From assembly GCA_034111085.1 (NCBI GenBank), contig JAWUXZ010000034.1, positions 108,169 to 172,168 on the forward strand: DNA of 64,000 nt, read 5' to 3'. The notes beneath the pieces were generated by a model. The model made no database searches. It was given only the letters and a program-made list of their open reading frames with translations, and was not told where the DNA came from. Position numbers and translations under genes: made by a program. Origin of the DNA: Dinoroseobacter sp. Its GTDB lineage: Bacteria > Pseudomonadota > Alphaproteobacteria > Rhodobacterales > Rhodobacteraceae. Below are positions 8,627-17,761 of the stretch, one piece after another (within the stretch, counting starts at the first letter, position 1; each line of letters opens with the position of its first letter).

Positions 8627-9574
8627 ATGCCTGACCGCCTCCCTCCATTGACCGCATTGCGCGCCTTTGAAGCCGCTGCACGCCATCTTTCCTTTGCTCA
8701 GGCCGCGTCTGAGCTGAACGTCACACCTGCGGCCCTCAGCTTTCAGATCAAATCGCTTGAGGCGCATTTGGGCGCGCTGCTGTTCAATCGCCTGAACCGT
8801 GCCGTAAGTCTAACGGAGGCGGGCAAGGCACTTGCTCCTGGTGCAACCGAAGGCTTCGACCGGCTGCACCGCGCATGGGCTGGCGCCAAGCGCAGCGGTA
8901 ATCAACGCGGCCTGACCATAACGGCAGGCCCAGCTTTCACCGCCAAATGGCTGGCACCGCGCCTATTTGCCTTCGCCAGTGCCCATCCTGAGATTGAGCT
9001 GCGGTTTTCGGCGACCCTTAGGTTGATGGATTTTGATCATGACGATGTCGATGTTGCGATCCGCTTTGGGCGCGGCGGCAACGACGGTGATGTTTTTTCC
9101 ACACCAATTATCGAGGAATGGGTGACGCCAATGATGGCCCCTGCCTTGGCTGACCGGGTGCGGCGGCGCGAAGATTTGCGGAATCTTCCATTGCTGCATC
9201 AAGATGACATCCGCTTTTTGCGCCCGCCGTTGGATTGGCCCGCATGGTTTCGGGCCGCTGGCTTGGGCGAGCCCCCCGAATCCGGGCCGCGTTTTTCACA
9301 GGCCGATCACGCGATCGATGCGGCGGAGGCTGGCGCAGGCGTTGTGTTGGCGCGCGCCTCGCTCTCGGAAAAGGCGCTGCGGGAAGGCCGCTTGGTGGCC
9401 CCGTTTAGCTTGGCACTTCGCACCGACGCGAATTACCGCTTTTTGTGCAGAACAGGGGCCGAAACGAAGGCCCCTGTGAAACCGTTTATGGAGTGGCTGC
9501 TAAGTGAAGTGACGTCCATCACAGCCTTGGCGGAAGGGCGCGATTTCATCGACGCCGCCGATGTCGCGCCCTAA
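8627..9574 (+). CDS. gcvA: GcvA-like LysR family transcriptional regulator
   Basis: LPPLTALRAFEAAARHLSF..AA.EL.VTPAALS.QIK HTH; KWLAPRL..F...HPEI; symbol reflects family only. Confidence 0.88.
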   Translation: MPDRLPPLTALRAFEAAARHLSFAQAASELNVTPAALSFQIKSLEAHLGALLFNRLNRAVSLTEAGKALAPGATEGFDRLHRAWAGAKRSGNQRGLTITAGPAFTAKWLAPRLFAFASAHPEIELRFSATLRLMDFDHDDVDVAIRFGRGGNDGDVFSTPIIEEWVTPMMAPALADRVRRREDLRNLPLLHQDDIRFLRPPLDWPAWFRAAGLGEPPESGPRFSQADHAIDAAEAGAGVVLARASLSEKALREGRLVAPFSLALRTDANYRFLCRTGAETKAPVKPFMEWLLSEVTSITALAEGRDFIDAADVAP

Positions 9575-9577
9575 AAG

Positions 9578-9745
9578 TTAGTGCTCTTGAAGGCGAGAGA
9601 TTTGCTCCTTCAACCGCAGCTTCTGCTTCTTCAAATCGGCAATGCGAAGACTATCCATGCCAGCACTGCGCTGGGCCATATTCACCTGCTGCTCGAGCGA
9701 CTGGTGTTTGCGACGCAGTTGCTGAATGTGCGAACTAACTGTCAT
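9578..9745 (-). CDS. YdcH/DUF465 family small protein
   Basis: MTVSSHIQQLRRKHQSLE...LKKQKLRLKEQISRL; AGGAGG RBS. Confidence 0.88.
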   Translation of the reverse strand: MTVSSHIQQLRRKHQSLEQQVNMAQRSAGMDSLRIADLKKQKLRLKEQISRLQEH

Positions 9746-9856
9746 GGGATACCTCCTATTGAGTGACGTGAGAAACTCAGTGCAGCACAGATCTTTCCAC
9801 CTGTCATCCCTGTGTGTAAAATTGTCGGTATGCTGCGGTTGCATTGTCTGGCCGAT

Positions 9857-10606
9857 CTACAACGTCAGGTTCGCCCCATCGCGTAGGATTGCGCGCGCGG
9901 CATCGGTCTCGTCGGTGCCGTCTTTCAGGTGCTTTGCGCCCTCATGCAGTATGAGCGGCGCGAGCAGTTGAAACGGATTGCGTGCGCCCTTGCGTGCCTG
10001 AAAGATCACACGTTTTGCAGGGCGTCCGGTGCGCGCGGTCAGTGGTAGAACCTTGCCCCCGCCAAGCCGTCCGTCCAGCGAGGCCATCAAATCAGGCAAG
10101 CGTTCTGTCGTGAAAATGAGGCTCACTGTCCCCCCCGGACGCACCCGCCGCGTCGCAGCATCAAGCCAGATTGCGAGCGGCAAGTTTTCGCGCATGGCGG
10201 CATCTCTGTCGGGGTTTTGGGCAACAGTGCCCGCGCCTGCCGGATAATAGGGCGGATTGCAGAGAACATGGTGATAACTGTGCGCCCGGATCGCATCAGG
10301 CAAATCGCCCACATCCGCCTCTACAACCTGCATCGGCAGCCCGGTCTCGGCAGCATTTCGATGGGCGAGGGCGGCGGTGGCGGGGTCAAATTCGACCCCA
10401 GTGACATGCGCGCCCGTGCGGTGGGCCAAACACAGCCCAGCCGTCCCGACGCCGCACCCCAGATCAAGCACATGATCGCCGGCGTGCGCAGGAACACTCG
10501 CTGCCAGCAAAACCGCATCGGTGGAGGCGCGAAACCCGTCTAAGGGCTGCCAGATGCGAATCGCCCCGCCCAGAAACCCGTCATGGCTTAGCGCCAGATC
10601 GGTCAT
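9857..10606 (-). CDS. tRNA1(Val) (adenine37-N6)-methyltransferase-like SAM methyltransferase
   Basis: QP..GFR...DAVLLAA, VLDLGCGVG, NPPY. Confidence 0.88.
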   Translation of the reverse strand: MTDLALSHDGFLGGAIRIWQPLDGFRASTDAVLLAASVPAHAGDHVLDLGCGVGTAGLCLAHRTGAHVTGVEFDPATAALAHRNAAETGLPMQVVEADVGDLPDAIRAHSYHHVLCNPPYYPAGAGTVAQNPDRDAAMRENLPLAIWLDAATRRVRPGGTVSLIFTTERLPDLMASLDGRLGGGKVLPLTARTGRPAKRVIFQARKGARNPFQLLAPLILHEGAKHLKDGTDETDAARAILRDGANLTL

Positions 10607-10824
10607 ACCCGCGCTGAGACCTCGATCCCGTTGTCGCGCAACACGGCTGAGGCCTCGAAGTGGTTCTCGCGCCGCACCATGAGGCGGCGCGGCAAAATGC
10701 CGATGCTACCTTCCAGCGCACTCATGTGGACGTCCATGGCGAAGCATTCTATATCCTCGCCTTGTAACAGGGCTTGGGCGAAGGCGATCACGGTGGGATC
10801 GTTGGTGCTGACGAGTTCTAACAT
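10603..10824 (-). CDS. DUF2007 domain protein
   Basis: TNDP..IAFA.ALL..E.I....D.HMS.LEGSIGILPRRLMV. Confidence 0.88.
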   Translation of the reverse strand: MLELVSTNDPTVIAFAQALLQGEDIECFAMDVHMSALEGSIGILPRRLMVRRENHFEASAVLRDNGIEVSARV

Positions 10825-10879
10825 GAGACTGATTTAAGGGCAGGCGGCCGCGCTTGTCGAGGCGACTGACAGGACTGTG

Positions 10880-11881
10880 ATGAGTTTGGACCAGGAAGCT
10901 ACAAAACCCCATGACCGTCTCGCTGCCGAATTGGCTGGCGAGTTGGATGCTGTGAATGCTGTTATTCGCGCGCGGATGGCCAGCGAACATGCGCCGCGTA
11001 TTCCGGAGGTCACAGCGCATCTGATCGAGGCCGGCGGCAAGCGTCTGCGGCCGATGCTGACATTGGCGGCCGCTAGGATGATGGGATATGCGGGCGACGA
11101 TCACATCAAGCTGGCCGCGACGGTGGAGTTTATCCATACCGCAACGCTGCTGCACGATGACGTGGTCGATGAAAGCGGGCAGCGGCGCGGGCGTCCAACG
11201 GCGAATTTGCTGTGGGATAACTCGTCGAGCGTTCTGGTCGGGGACTATCTGTTTGCGCGATCGTTTCAGTTGATGGTGGAGACCGGATCGCTGCGGGTGC
11301 TGGATATTCTGGCCAATGCTGCGGCGACGATTGCCGAGGGCGAGGTTTTGCAACTGACCGCCGCTCGCAATCTGGAAACCACTGAGGATGTTTACTGCCA
11401 AGTTGTGCGCGGCAAAACCGCAGCGCTTTTTTCCGCTGCTACTGAAGTTGGGGGCGAGATTTCCGGGGCAACACCTGCGCAACTTAAGGCCTTGCGGACC
11501 TATGGCGACGCCCTGGGCATAGCATTTCAGATCGTGGACGACCTGCTGGATTATGGCGGTGCTGGTGCCGTGATGGGTAAGAATACCGGCGATGATCTGC
11601 GTGAGGGCAAATTGACCTTGCCGGTGATCAAGGCGCTGGCGGCTGCGGACACGACCGAGCGCGCGTTCTGGAGCCGTGTGATTGAGAAGGCCGATTACCA
11701 AGATGGCGATGTTGACGAAGCGCTGCGGCTGCTGATCAAGCACGGCGCGCTTGAGGCGACGCGTGCCGAGGCCGTCGAATGGACTGCGAAAGCGCGTGCG
11801 GCACTGGCAGACTTGCCGGAACATCCGCTGCGCGACATGCTCGACGATCTGGCTGACTATGTGGTTGCGCGCACACTCTGA
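10880..11881 (+). CDS. ispB: Long-chain polyprenyl (deca/octaprenyl) diphosphate synthase
   Basis: GGKRLRP, LLHDDVVD..RRG, FQIVDDLLD, GK.TGDDLREGK. Confidence 0.93.
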   Translation: MSLDQEATKPHDRLAAELAGELDAVNAVIRARMASEHAPRIPEVTAHLIEAGGKRLRPMLTLAAARMMGYAGDDHIKLAATVEFIHTATLLHDDVVDESGQRRGRPTANLLWDNSSSVLVGDYLFARSFQLMVETGSLRVLDILANAAATIAEGEVLQLTAARNLETTEDVYCQVVRGKTAALFSAATEVGGEISGATPAQLKALRTYGDALGIAFQIVDDLLDYGGAGAVMGKNTGDDLREGKLTLPVIKALAAADTTERAFWSRVIEKADYQDGDVDEALRLLIKHGALEATRAEAVEWTAKARAALADLPEHPLRDMLDDLADYVVARTL

Positions 11882-12729
11882 GCGTCGGGGAAGACTTCGC
11901 CCGCGCCGACCCACCAGTCGGGGTGGTTGGCACTAAAGTTCTCAGCAGCGTCGCGCGCCTGATCTGCGGTCTCGTAGAGGCCGAAGCACGTCGCGCCCGA
12001 TCCTGACATCCGTGCCAGAAGGCATCCGTTTGTAGCGCGCATCCCGTCGAGGCCTTCTGCGATTTGCGGAAGGGCCTTGATGGCTGGTGCCTCCAGATCG
12101 TTGCGTTGCTTTCCAAGCCAAGCGATGAACGCCGAGGCGGAATCCGTTGCAGGTGGCCAACTCATAGCTGGGTTATCGCGTTTGGTCATGTTGGCGAAGA
12201 CCTGCGGCGTTGGCACCAAGACGCGTGGATTGACCAGAACGATGTGCAGGGGCGGCAGGTCCGTGACGGGCGTCAGGATGTCGCCGGTGCCTTGCATCCG
12301 AGTGGGGGCCGCAGCCATGCAAACAGGCAGATCCGCGCCCAAGGACAATGTCGCTTCTGGCGACGGTTCCGCGACGCCCCACAGCTCAGCCAAGGTCCGC
12401 AAGGTCGCTGCCGCGTCCGACGACCCACCGCCTATTCCGCTGGCAGGAGGTAGGGTCTTGTTGAGGTGAAGCGCTGCACCACGCGCCGGATCAAGTAGGC
12501 GCGCGGCCTTCATCATCAGGTTACGGGCATCGGTCGGTATTCCGTCCGCGTTCGGGCCTGAGACTGTGATGGACAGCGCCTCGCTGGGCTCTGCGCTGAT
12601 CTGGTCGCCAATGCGCGCGAAAACTACGAGGCTGTCGAGCAGATGGTAGCCATCATCGCGCCGACCCGTCACATGAAGCGCCAGATTGACCTTCGCGGGG
12701 GCGAAAGCAGTAACGGTCCTTGCGATCAC
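11857..12729 (-). CDS. ispE: 4-diphosphocytidyl-2-C-methyl-D-erythritol kinase
   Basis: APAKVNLALHVTGRRDDGYHLLDS, GIGGGSSDAAA, RMSGSGATCF. Confidence 0.96.
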   Translation of the reverse strand: MIARTVTAFAPAKVNLALHVTGRRDDGYHLLDSLVVFARIGDQISAEPSEALSITVSGPNADGIPTDARNLMMKAARLLDPARGAALHLNKTLPPASGIGGGSSDAAATLRTLAELWGVAEPSPEATLSLGADLPVCMAAAPTRMQGTGDILTPVTDLPPLHIVLVNPRVLVPTPQVFANMTKRDNPAMSWPPATDSASAFIAWLGKQRNDLEAPAIKALPQIAEGLDGMRATNGCLLARMSGSGATCFGLYETADQARDAAENFSANHPDWWVGAGEVFPDAQSVRATT

Positions 12730-12738
12730 GAGCGGGTC

Positions 12739-14478
12739 TTATCCATCATCATTCGATGCACGCTCAGCCGCGCCGTCAGCCTTTTCAGACAGCGAGGGCG
12801 CGCCTTCTTCGTCCAGCACAACATCAAGTCCGACCTCAAGCTTGCGTTGAATGCGCTCCGGCTCGGCCTCGCTGTTCTCGTCGTCTGGATCTACGAAAGA
12901 CAGCGCACGCGACCACTGAAATTCGGCTTCGCGTTTGCGGCCCACGGCCCAGTAGACGTCGCCTAGATGGTCATTGATCACCGGGTCAATCGGCAGCAGC
13001 GACACCGCATGTTCCATCGGCCCAACGCCTTCGTCAAAGCGCCCAAGTCGGTAGAGCACCCATCCAAGCGAGTCCGCGATATAGCCACTTTGGGGCCGCG
13101 CGGCACTGGCATCACGGATCATCTTCAGCGCTTCATCAAGGTTCTCGCGCTTCTCGACGAGGCTATAGCCAAGGTAGTTCAGCACGTTCGGCTGGCCGGG
13201 GTTCAACTCTAGCGCCTTGCGGAAATCGGCCTCGGCGGCGGGCCAGTCATTAGTGCGCTCGTTAGCAATTCCGCGTGAATAATAGACAAACCACTGGCTC
13301 GGTTCTTCGGTGGGATAGAGCGATATTGCGCGGTCATAGGCTTCGGCAGCGGCCTCAAAAGCGCTCATGCGGCGGTGGGTGTCGCCTAAGGTGGTGTAGA
13401 CCAGAGGTACGCCGGGTCGGGTCTCAGACAGCTGCGTCAGAACCTCGATTGCGGCATCGGGTTTATCGGAATTATTAAGCGCTTCGGCACGCCCGATCTC
13501 GGCTTTCATATAGGCGGCGCTGTCGCGAGACACCTGATCATAGGCTTGAATGGCGAGGTCGTATTGGCCGAGTTCCTCCAGAAGTCGAGCTGTCAGGATT
13601 GAGGCATCGGCGTTGTTTGGCGACAGGAATTGCGCAAAGCGTGCATAAAGCAGCGTGAATCCGTCTGCCGCTTGACCGCGCAGCGCCAGTGCTACGGAAA
13701 AGAACGCCTCGCCCATGCCATCTTGCGGGCTGCGGATCATATCGAATGGAACTGCTTCCCCTGCGGCAAGCGGGGTGTAGAACGCGGCAATCTCAGGATC
13801 GCTGAGGTCGAAATTTTCGGCCAGCACGGCGGCGGCCTCGCTGGTCTGACCAAGCTGTCCAAGGCTCAGCGCAAGCGCGATAACACTGCGCCGGGTGCGC
13901 ACGCCGGGGGCCGCTTCATCGCCGACCAGCAGGCGCACGGTTTCCTCAAAATTGCCGACATATGCGTAGGCCAGCGCCTTTTGGTAGGTGCCAAACCCGA
14001 CATACTCGTCGTTTGAAATGATCTCGTCGAAGGCGGCCATTGCGCGGTCCACATCGCCCACATCGAGCCATCCCCACCCAACCAGCAAGCCGTCGATCAG
14101 CGGACCAATGCGCCCGGTCTCGGCCATCTCGTCGAGCAGGTTAATATCGGCGCCACGGTTGAGTGCATGCGCCGTCAGCACCATCTGCGCGACCTGATTG
14201 CCCGGATTGGTATCCAGCAAGATGCGCGCGAGCGGGACGCTGTCGTCGACCCGGCCCAGCCCGATATTGGCTAAGACCGCACTTTCGGCCAGCGCCGGGT
14301 TCGATCGGTCTTGTGCCAATGCGCGGCTGTAGAACACGGCGGCCTCAGCATAATCGTTCGATGAGATCGCTTGTCTGCCCGCCAGATAGGCACCCGACAG
14401 CCCTTCGGCAGGCGCTGATACGGGCAAAAGCAGGCTCAGCGCGAGACTGGCAGAGATCATCAACCGCATGGGGCGCAC
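12739..14478 (-). CDS. Exported tetratricopeptide-repeat protein
   Basis: Signal peptide; TPR repeats (VLNYLGYSL, DSLGWVLYRLG, HLGDVYWAVGR); usual neighbour of ispE. Confidence 0.92.
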   Translation of the reverse strand: MRPMRLMISASLALSLLLPVSAPAEGLSGAYLAGRQAISSNDYAEAAVFYSRALAQDRSNPALAESAVLANIGLGRVDDSVPLARILLDTNPGNQVAQMVLTAHALNRGADINLLDEMAETGRIGPLIDGLLVGWGWLDVGDVDRAMAAFDEIISNDEYVGFGTYQKALAYAYVGNFEETVRLLVGDEAAPGVRTRRSVIALALSLGQLGQTSEAAAVLAENFDLSDPEIAAFYTPLAAGEAVPFDMIRSPQDGMGEAFFSVALALRGQAADGFTLLYARFAQFLSPNNADASILTARLLEELGQYDLAIQAYDQVSRDSAAYMKAEIGRAEALNNSDKPDAAIEVLTQLSETRPGVPLVYTTLGDTHRRMSAFEAAAEAYDRAISLYPTEEPSQWFVYYSRGIANERTNDWPAAEADFRKALELNPGQPNVLNYLGYSLVEKRENLDEALKMIRDASAARPQSGYIADSLGWVLYRLGRFDEGVGPMEHAVSLLPIDPVINDHLGDVYWAVGRKREAEFQWSRALSFVDPDDENSEAEPERIQRKLEVGLDVVLDEEGAPSLSEKADGAAERASNDDG

Positions 14479-14565
14479 CTTCGTTGTTAAGGATCAAAGG
14501 CTAGTGCCGCCCAGCAGGTAAGACAATGGCAGGGGCGGTTGGATCACCGCCCCGTGACCAAAGGT

Positions 14566-16218
14566 TTACATATTGGGATAGTTTGGCCCGTCGCCGCCCT
14601 GCGGTGTGACCCATGTGATGTTCTGGCTTGGGTCTTTGATATCGCAGGTTTTGCAATGCACGCAGTTCTGGAAGTTAATCTGGAAGCGGGGATCTTTACC
14701 CTCCTCACGGACCACCTCGTAGACGCCTGCGGGGCAGTAGCGCTCGGCAGGTTCGGCCCATTTAGGCAGGTTCACCGAGATCGGAATCGACGGATCGGCC
14801 AGATGCAAATGCGCAGGCTGGCCCTCTTCGTGGCTGGTCATCGAGAACGACACGTTGGTCAGCCGGTCAAAGCTAAGCTTGCCGTCGGGTTTGGGATACT
14901 TAATCTCGGTCCACTTCTTGGCCAAACCTGTGGCCTCAGCATCTGTTTTGCCATGTTTGATGGTGCCGAAAAGGGACACTCCAAACAGATTGTTGGTCCA
15001 CATATCAAATCCGCCCAGCGTTAGCGACGCGGTCAGGCCAAATTTGGACCAGATCGGTTTGACGTTGCGCACCCGCTTGAGGTCCTTGGCGATTGGGCCC
15101 TCCTTAACTTCGATGTCGTAATCATCCAGCGTGTCGCCTGCGCGGCCAGCCTTGATCGCAGCGGCCGCAGAATCAGCCGCATGAATGCCCGACAGCATCG
15201 CGTTGTGATTGCCTTTGATGCGCGGCACGTTCACCAGACCCGCCGAGCAGCCCAGCAAAGCGCCACCTGGGAATGCCGTCTTTGGGATCGACTGGTAGCC
15301 GCCTTCGGAGATTGCGCGCGCGCCGTAAGCAATGCGCTTGCCGCCTTTAAGCAGCTCCGCAACCATCGGGTGGTGCTTGAAGCGCTGGAATTCCATGTAT
15401 GGAAACAGATACGGGTTCTGGTAGTTCAGGTGCACAACGAAGCCGACATAGACCTGATTGTTGTCCAGATGGTAGATGAACGACCCGCCGCCTGCGTTGC
15501 TGCCCAAGGGCCAACCCATCGTGTGAGTGACGGTGCCTTCGCTGTGCTTTTCGGGGTCAATCTCCCAGATTTCTTTCATACCCAGGCCGAATTTTGGCAC
15601 GTCGGAGTCTTTGTCCAGATCGTATTTGGCGATCACTTGCTTGGACAGCGACCCGCGCACGCCCTCAGACAGGAACACATACTTGCCGTGCAGCTCCATG
15701 CCGGGCTCCGTGCCCTCGCCGATGGACCCGTCTGCTTCCAGTCCGAACACACCTGCGACGACGCCTTTGACTTCGCCATTCTCGCCGTAAACCAGTTCAG
15801 AACAGGCCATGCCGGGGAATATCTCGACGCCCAGTTCTTCGGCTTGTTCGGCCATCCAGCGACACACATTGCCCATAGAGACGATGTAGTTGCCGTGGTT
15901 GTTCATCAGGGGCGGCATGAGAATGTTGGGGATGCGAATCTGGCCCGCTTCGCCCAAGAAATAGAAGTTATCTTTTTTTACGGGCACGTTGATTGGCGCG
16001 CCCTTTTGTTTCCAGTCGGGGATCAACTGGTTGAGGCCAACTGGATCCAGCACTGCACCTGACAGAATATGCGCGCCCACTTCCGAGCCTTTTTCCAGCA
16101 CAACAACGCTCAGATCGGCGTCGATTTGCTTCAGGCGAATGGCGGCGCTTAGGCCAGCGGGGCCAGCGCCCACGATAACCACGTCATATTCCATCGATTC
16201 ACGTTCGATCTGCGACAT
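14566..16218 (-). CDS. Electron transfer flavoprotein-ubiquinone oxidoreductase
   Basis: DVVIVGAGPAGL, GAHILSGA, YCPAGVYE, NCVHCKTCDIKDP 4Fe-4S motif. Confidence 0.97.
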   Translation of the reverse strand: MSQIERESMEYDVVIVGAGPAGLSAAIRLKQIDADLSVVVLEKGSEVGAHILSGAVLDPVGLNQLIPDWKQKGAPINVPVKKDNFYFLGEAGQIRIPNILMPPLMNNHGNYIVSMGNVCRWMAEQAEELGVEIFPGMACSELVYGENGEVKGVVAGVFGLEADGSIGEGTEPGMELHGKYVFLSEGVRGSLSKQVIAKYDLDKDSDVPKFGLGMKEIWEIDPEKHSEGTVTHTMGWPLGSNAGGGSFIYHLDNNQVYVGFVVHLNYQNPYLFPYMEFQRFKHHPMVAELLKGGKRIAYGARAISEGGYQSIPKTAFPGGALLGCSAGLVNVPRIKGNHNAMLSGIHAADSAAAAIKAGRAGDTLDDYDIEVKEGPIAKDLKRVRNVKPIWSKFGLTASLTLGGFDMWTNNLFGVSLFGTIKHGKTDAEATGLAKKWTEIKYPKPDGKLSFDRLTNVSFSMTSHEEGQPAHLHLADPSIPISVNLPKWAEPAERYCPAGVYEVVREEGKDPRFQINFQNCVHCKTCDIKDPSQNITWVTPQGGDGPNYPNM

Positions 16219-16272
16219 TATCTTCCCCTCGGGCTGGCTCGGCATTTGGCGTAACGGTCTGCGCCCCCTTGG

Positions 16273-16734
16273 TCAATCGCCTGAGGCCGCTTGCGCTTTG
16301 GACGGTGCGTCACCTAGCAAATAGCGCGGTCCTTTGCCTTTTGTTGCGGCTAAATCACCGGCATTCCAAAGCGCGCAAGACGGCAGGCTCAGACAACCGC
16401 ACCCGATGCAGCCATCCAGATCATCGCGCATCTTTTGAAGCGCCGCGATGCGTTCGTCGAGATCGCTGCGAAATCCTTCGGCCATATTGCGCCAATCGGC
16501 GGGGGTTGGCGTGCGCGCATTTGGCAATGCAGTCAGAACCTCGCGGATACGGGCCAGCGAAAACCCAAAGCGTTGAGCGATCAAAATAAAGCTGAGACGG
16601 CGAATGTCAGCGCGTTCAAACCGCCGTTGGCCGCCTGCGTTGCGCTCGGGCGCGATCAGGCCTTCAGTCTCGTAGTAGCGAATGGCGGACACGCTGAGGC
16701 CAGTCCGTCCTGCAAGTTGGCCGATGGAAAGCAT
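16273..16734 (-). CDS. soxR: Redox-sensitive transcriptional activator SoxR
   Basis: MerR HTH, RNAGGQRRF, 2Fe-2S motif CIGCGCLS...C. Confidence 0.95.
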   Translation of the reverse strand: MLSIGQLAGRTGLSVSAIRYYETEGLIAPERNAGGQRRFERADIRRLSFILIAQRFGFSLARIREVLTALPNARTPTPADWRNMAEGFRSDLDERIAALQKMRDDLDGCIGCGCLSLPSCALWNAGDLAATKGKGPRYLLGDAPSKAQAASGD

Positions 16735-16746
16735 GGCAAAAACTCC

Positions 16747-16777
16747 TTGACCTGAAGTTAGCTTGAGGAATTATCAA
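16747..16777 (+). promoter_or_regulatory. SoxR-activated promoter with sox box
   Basis: TTGACC (16747) - 19 bp - TATCAA (16772); dyad CCTGAAGTTAGCTTGAGG (16751-16768) matches the E. coli sox box CCTCAAGTTAACTTGAGG at 16/18. Confidence 0.88.
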
Positions 16778-16815
16778 AGCAAGGTCACTGAAACCAGACA
16801 TCATGGAGGCCCGCT

Positions 16816-17199
16816 ATGACCGCTCAGCTTGAACACGCAAACCTGACCGTTGCCGATCCCGACGCCACCGCTGCTTGGATGCAAAGCACGTTTGGTTGGC
16901 ATATCCGTTGGCAGGGCGCGACCGAAAGCGGGCTGCGGGCCATCCATGTGGGCACCGGCGCAAGCTATATCGCGCTGTTTGCGCCAGAAGGGCAGGGCAC
17001 GCCGGCGACCGGACGCTACGCCACAATCGGTGCGATGAACCATCTTGGAGTTGTGGTCGATGATCTGGACGCGACCGAGGCTGCCGTGCGCGCCGCAGGC
17101 TTCACCCCGCATCATCACGCTGATTATGCGCCCGGTCGTCGTTTCTATTTCATGGACGATCTTGGTGTAGAGTACGAAGTGGTCAGCTACACCGCGTAA
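16816..17199 (+). CDS. VOC/glyoxalase family protein (probable SoxR target)
   Basis: LEHANLTV.D, NHLGVVVDDLD, RRFYF.D..GVEYEVVSY; GGAGG RBS. Confidence 0.9.
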   Translation: MTAQLEHANLTVADPDATAAWMQSTFGWHIRWQGATESGLRAIHVGTGASYIALFAPEGQGTPATGRYATIGAMNHLGVVVDDLDATEAAVRAAGFTPHHHADYAPGRRFYFMDDLGVEYEVVSYTA

Positions 17200-17273
17200 C
17201 ACCTCTTGCGCGGGACGGGGCCTTGGCTATGTTAGATGCTTGATAATTCGCACGACCGAAAAGGCCATGGCCC

Positions 17274-17744
17274 ATGGACAAAATCCCGCTGACACGCGCT
17301 GGCTATACAAAGCTTGATGTCGAGTTAAAGAAGCTCAAGTCCCAAGAACGGCCTGCTGTGATCCGTGCGATTGCAGAGGCGCGTGAACACGGCGATCTGT
17401 CTGAAAACGCAGAATATCATGCTGCGCGTGAAAAGCAGTCCTTCATCGAGGGGCGCGTGAAAGAGCTCGAGTCGGTTCTTGGACGCGCCGAGGTGATTGA
17501 CCCGGCTAAAATGTCCGGTGCCGTTAAGTTTGGCGCGACGGTCAAGATCGTGGACGAGAATACCAATGAGGAAAAGACCTACCAAATCGTCGGCGAGCCT
17601 GAGGCAAACCTCGAATTGGGTCTTCTGAACATGAAATCGCCTATTGCACGGGCGATGATTGGCAAAGATGAAGGCGACAGCGTCGAGGTGCGAACCCCCG
17701 GCGGTACAAGATCGTACGAGATCTTGAGCATCGCATATAAGTAA
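17274..17744 (+). CDS. greA: Transcription elongation factor GreA
   Basis: AREHGDLSENAEYHAARE, SPIARAMIGK. Confidence 0.97.
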   Translation: MDKIPLTRAGYTKLDVELKKLKSQERPAVIRAIAEAREHGDLSENAEYHAAREKQSFIEGRVKELESVLGRAEVIDPAKMSGAVKFGATVKIVDENTNEEKTYQIVGEPEANLELGLLNMKSPIARAMIGKDEGDSVEVRTPGGTRSYEILSIAYK

Positions 17745-17761
17745 CCCGGCAAGGCGCACGG

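Noticed and set aside
11857-11881. 25-nt 3' overlap of convergent ispB and ispE
   Set aside because: Ordinary tail-to-tail overlap in a compact genome
10706-11914. 402-aa antisense ORF over ispB
   Set aside because: Shadow frame typical of high-GC coding DNA; no motifs
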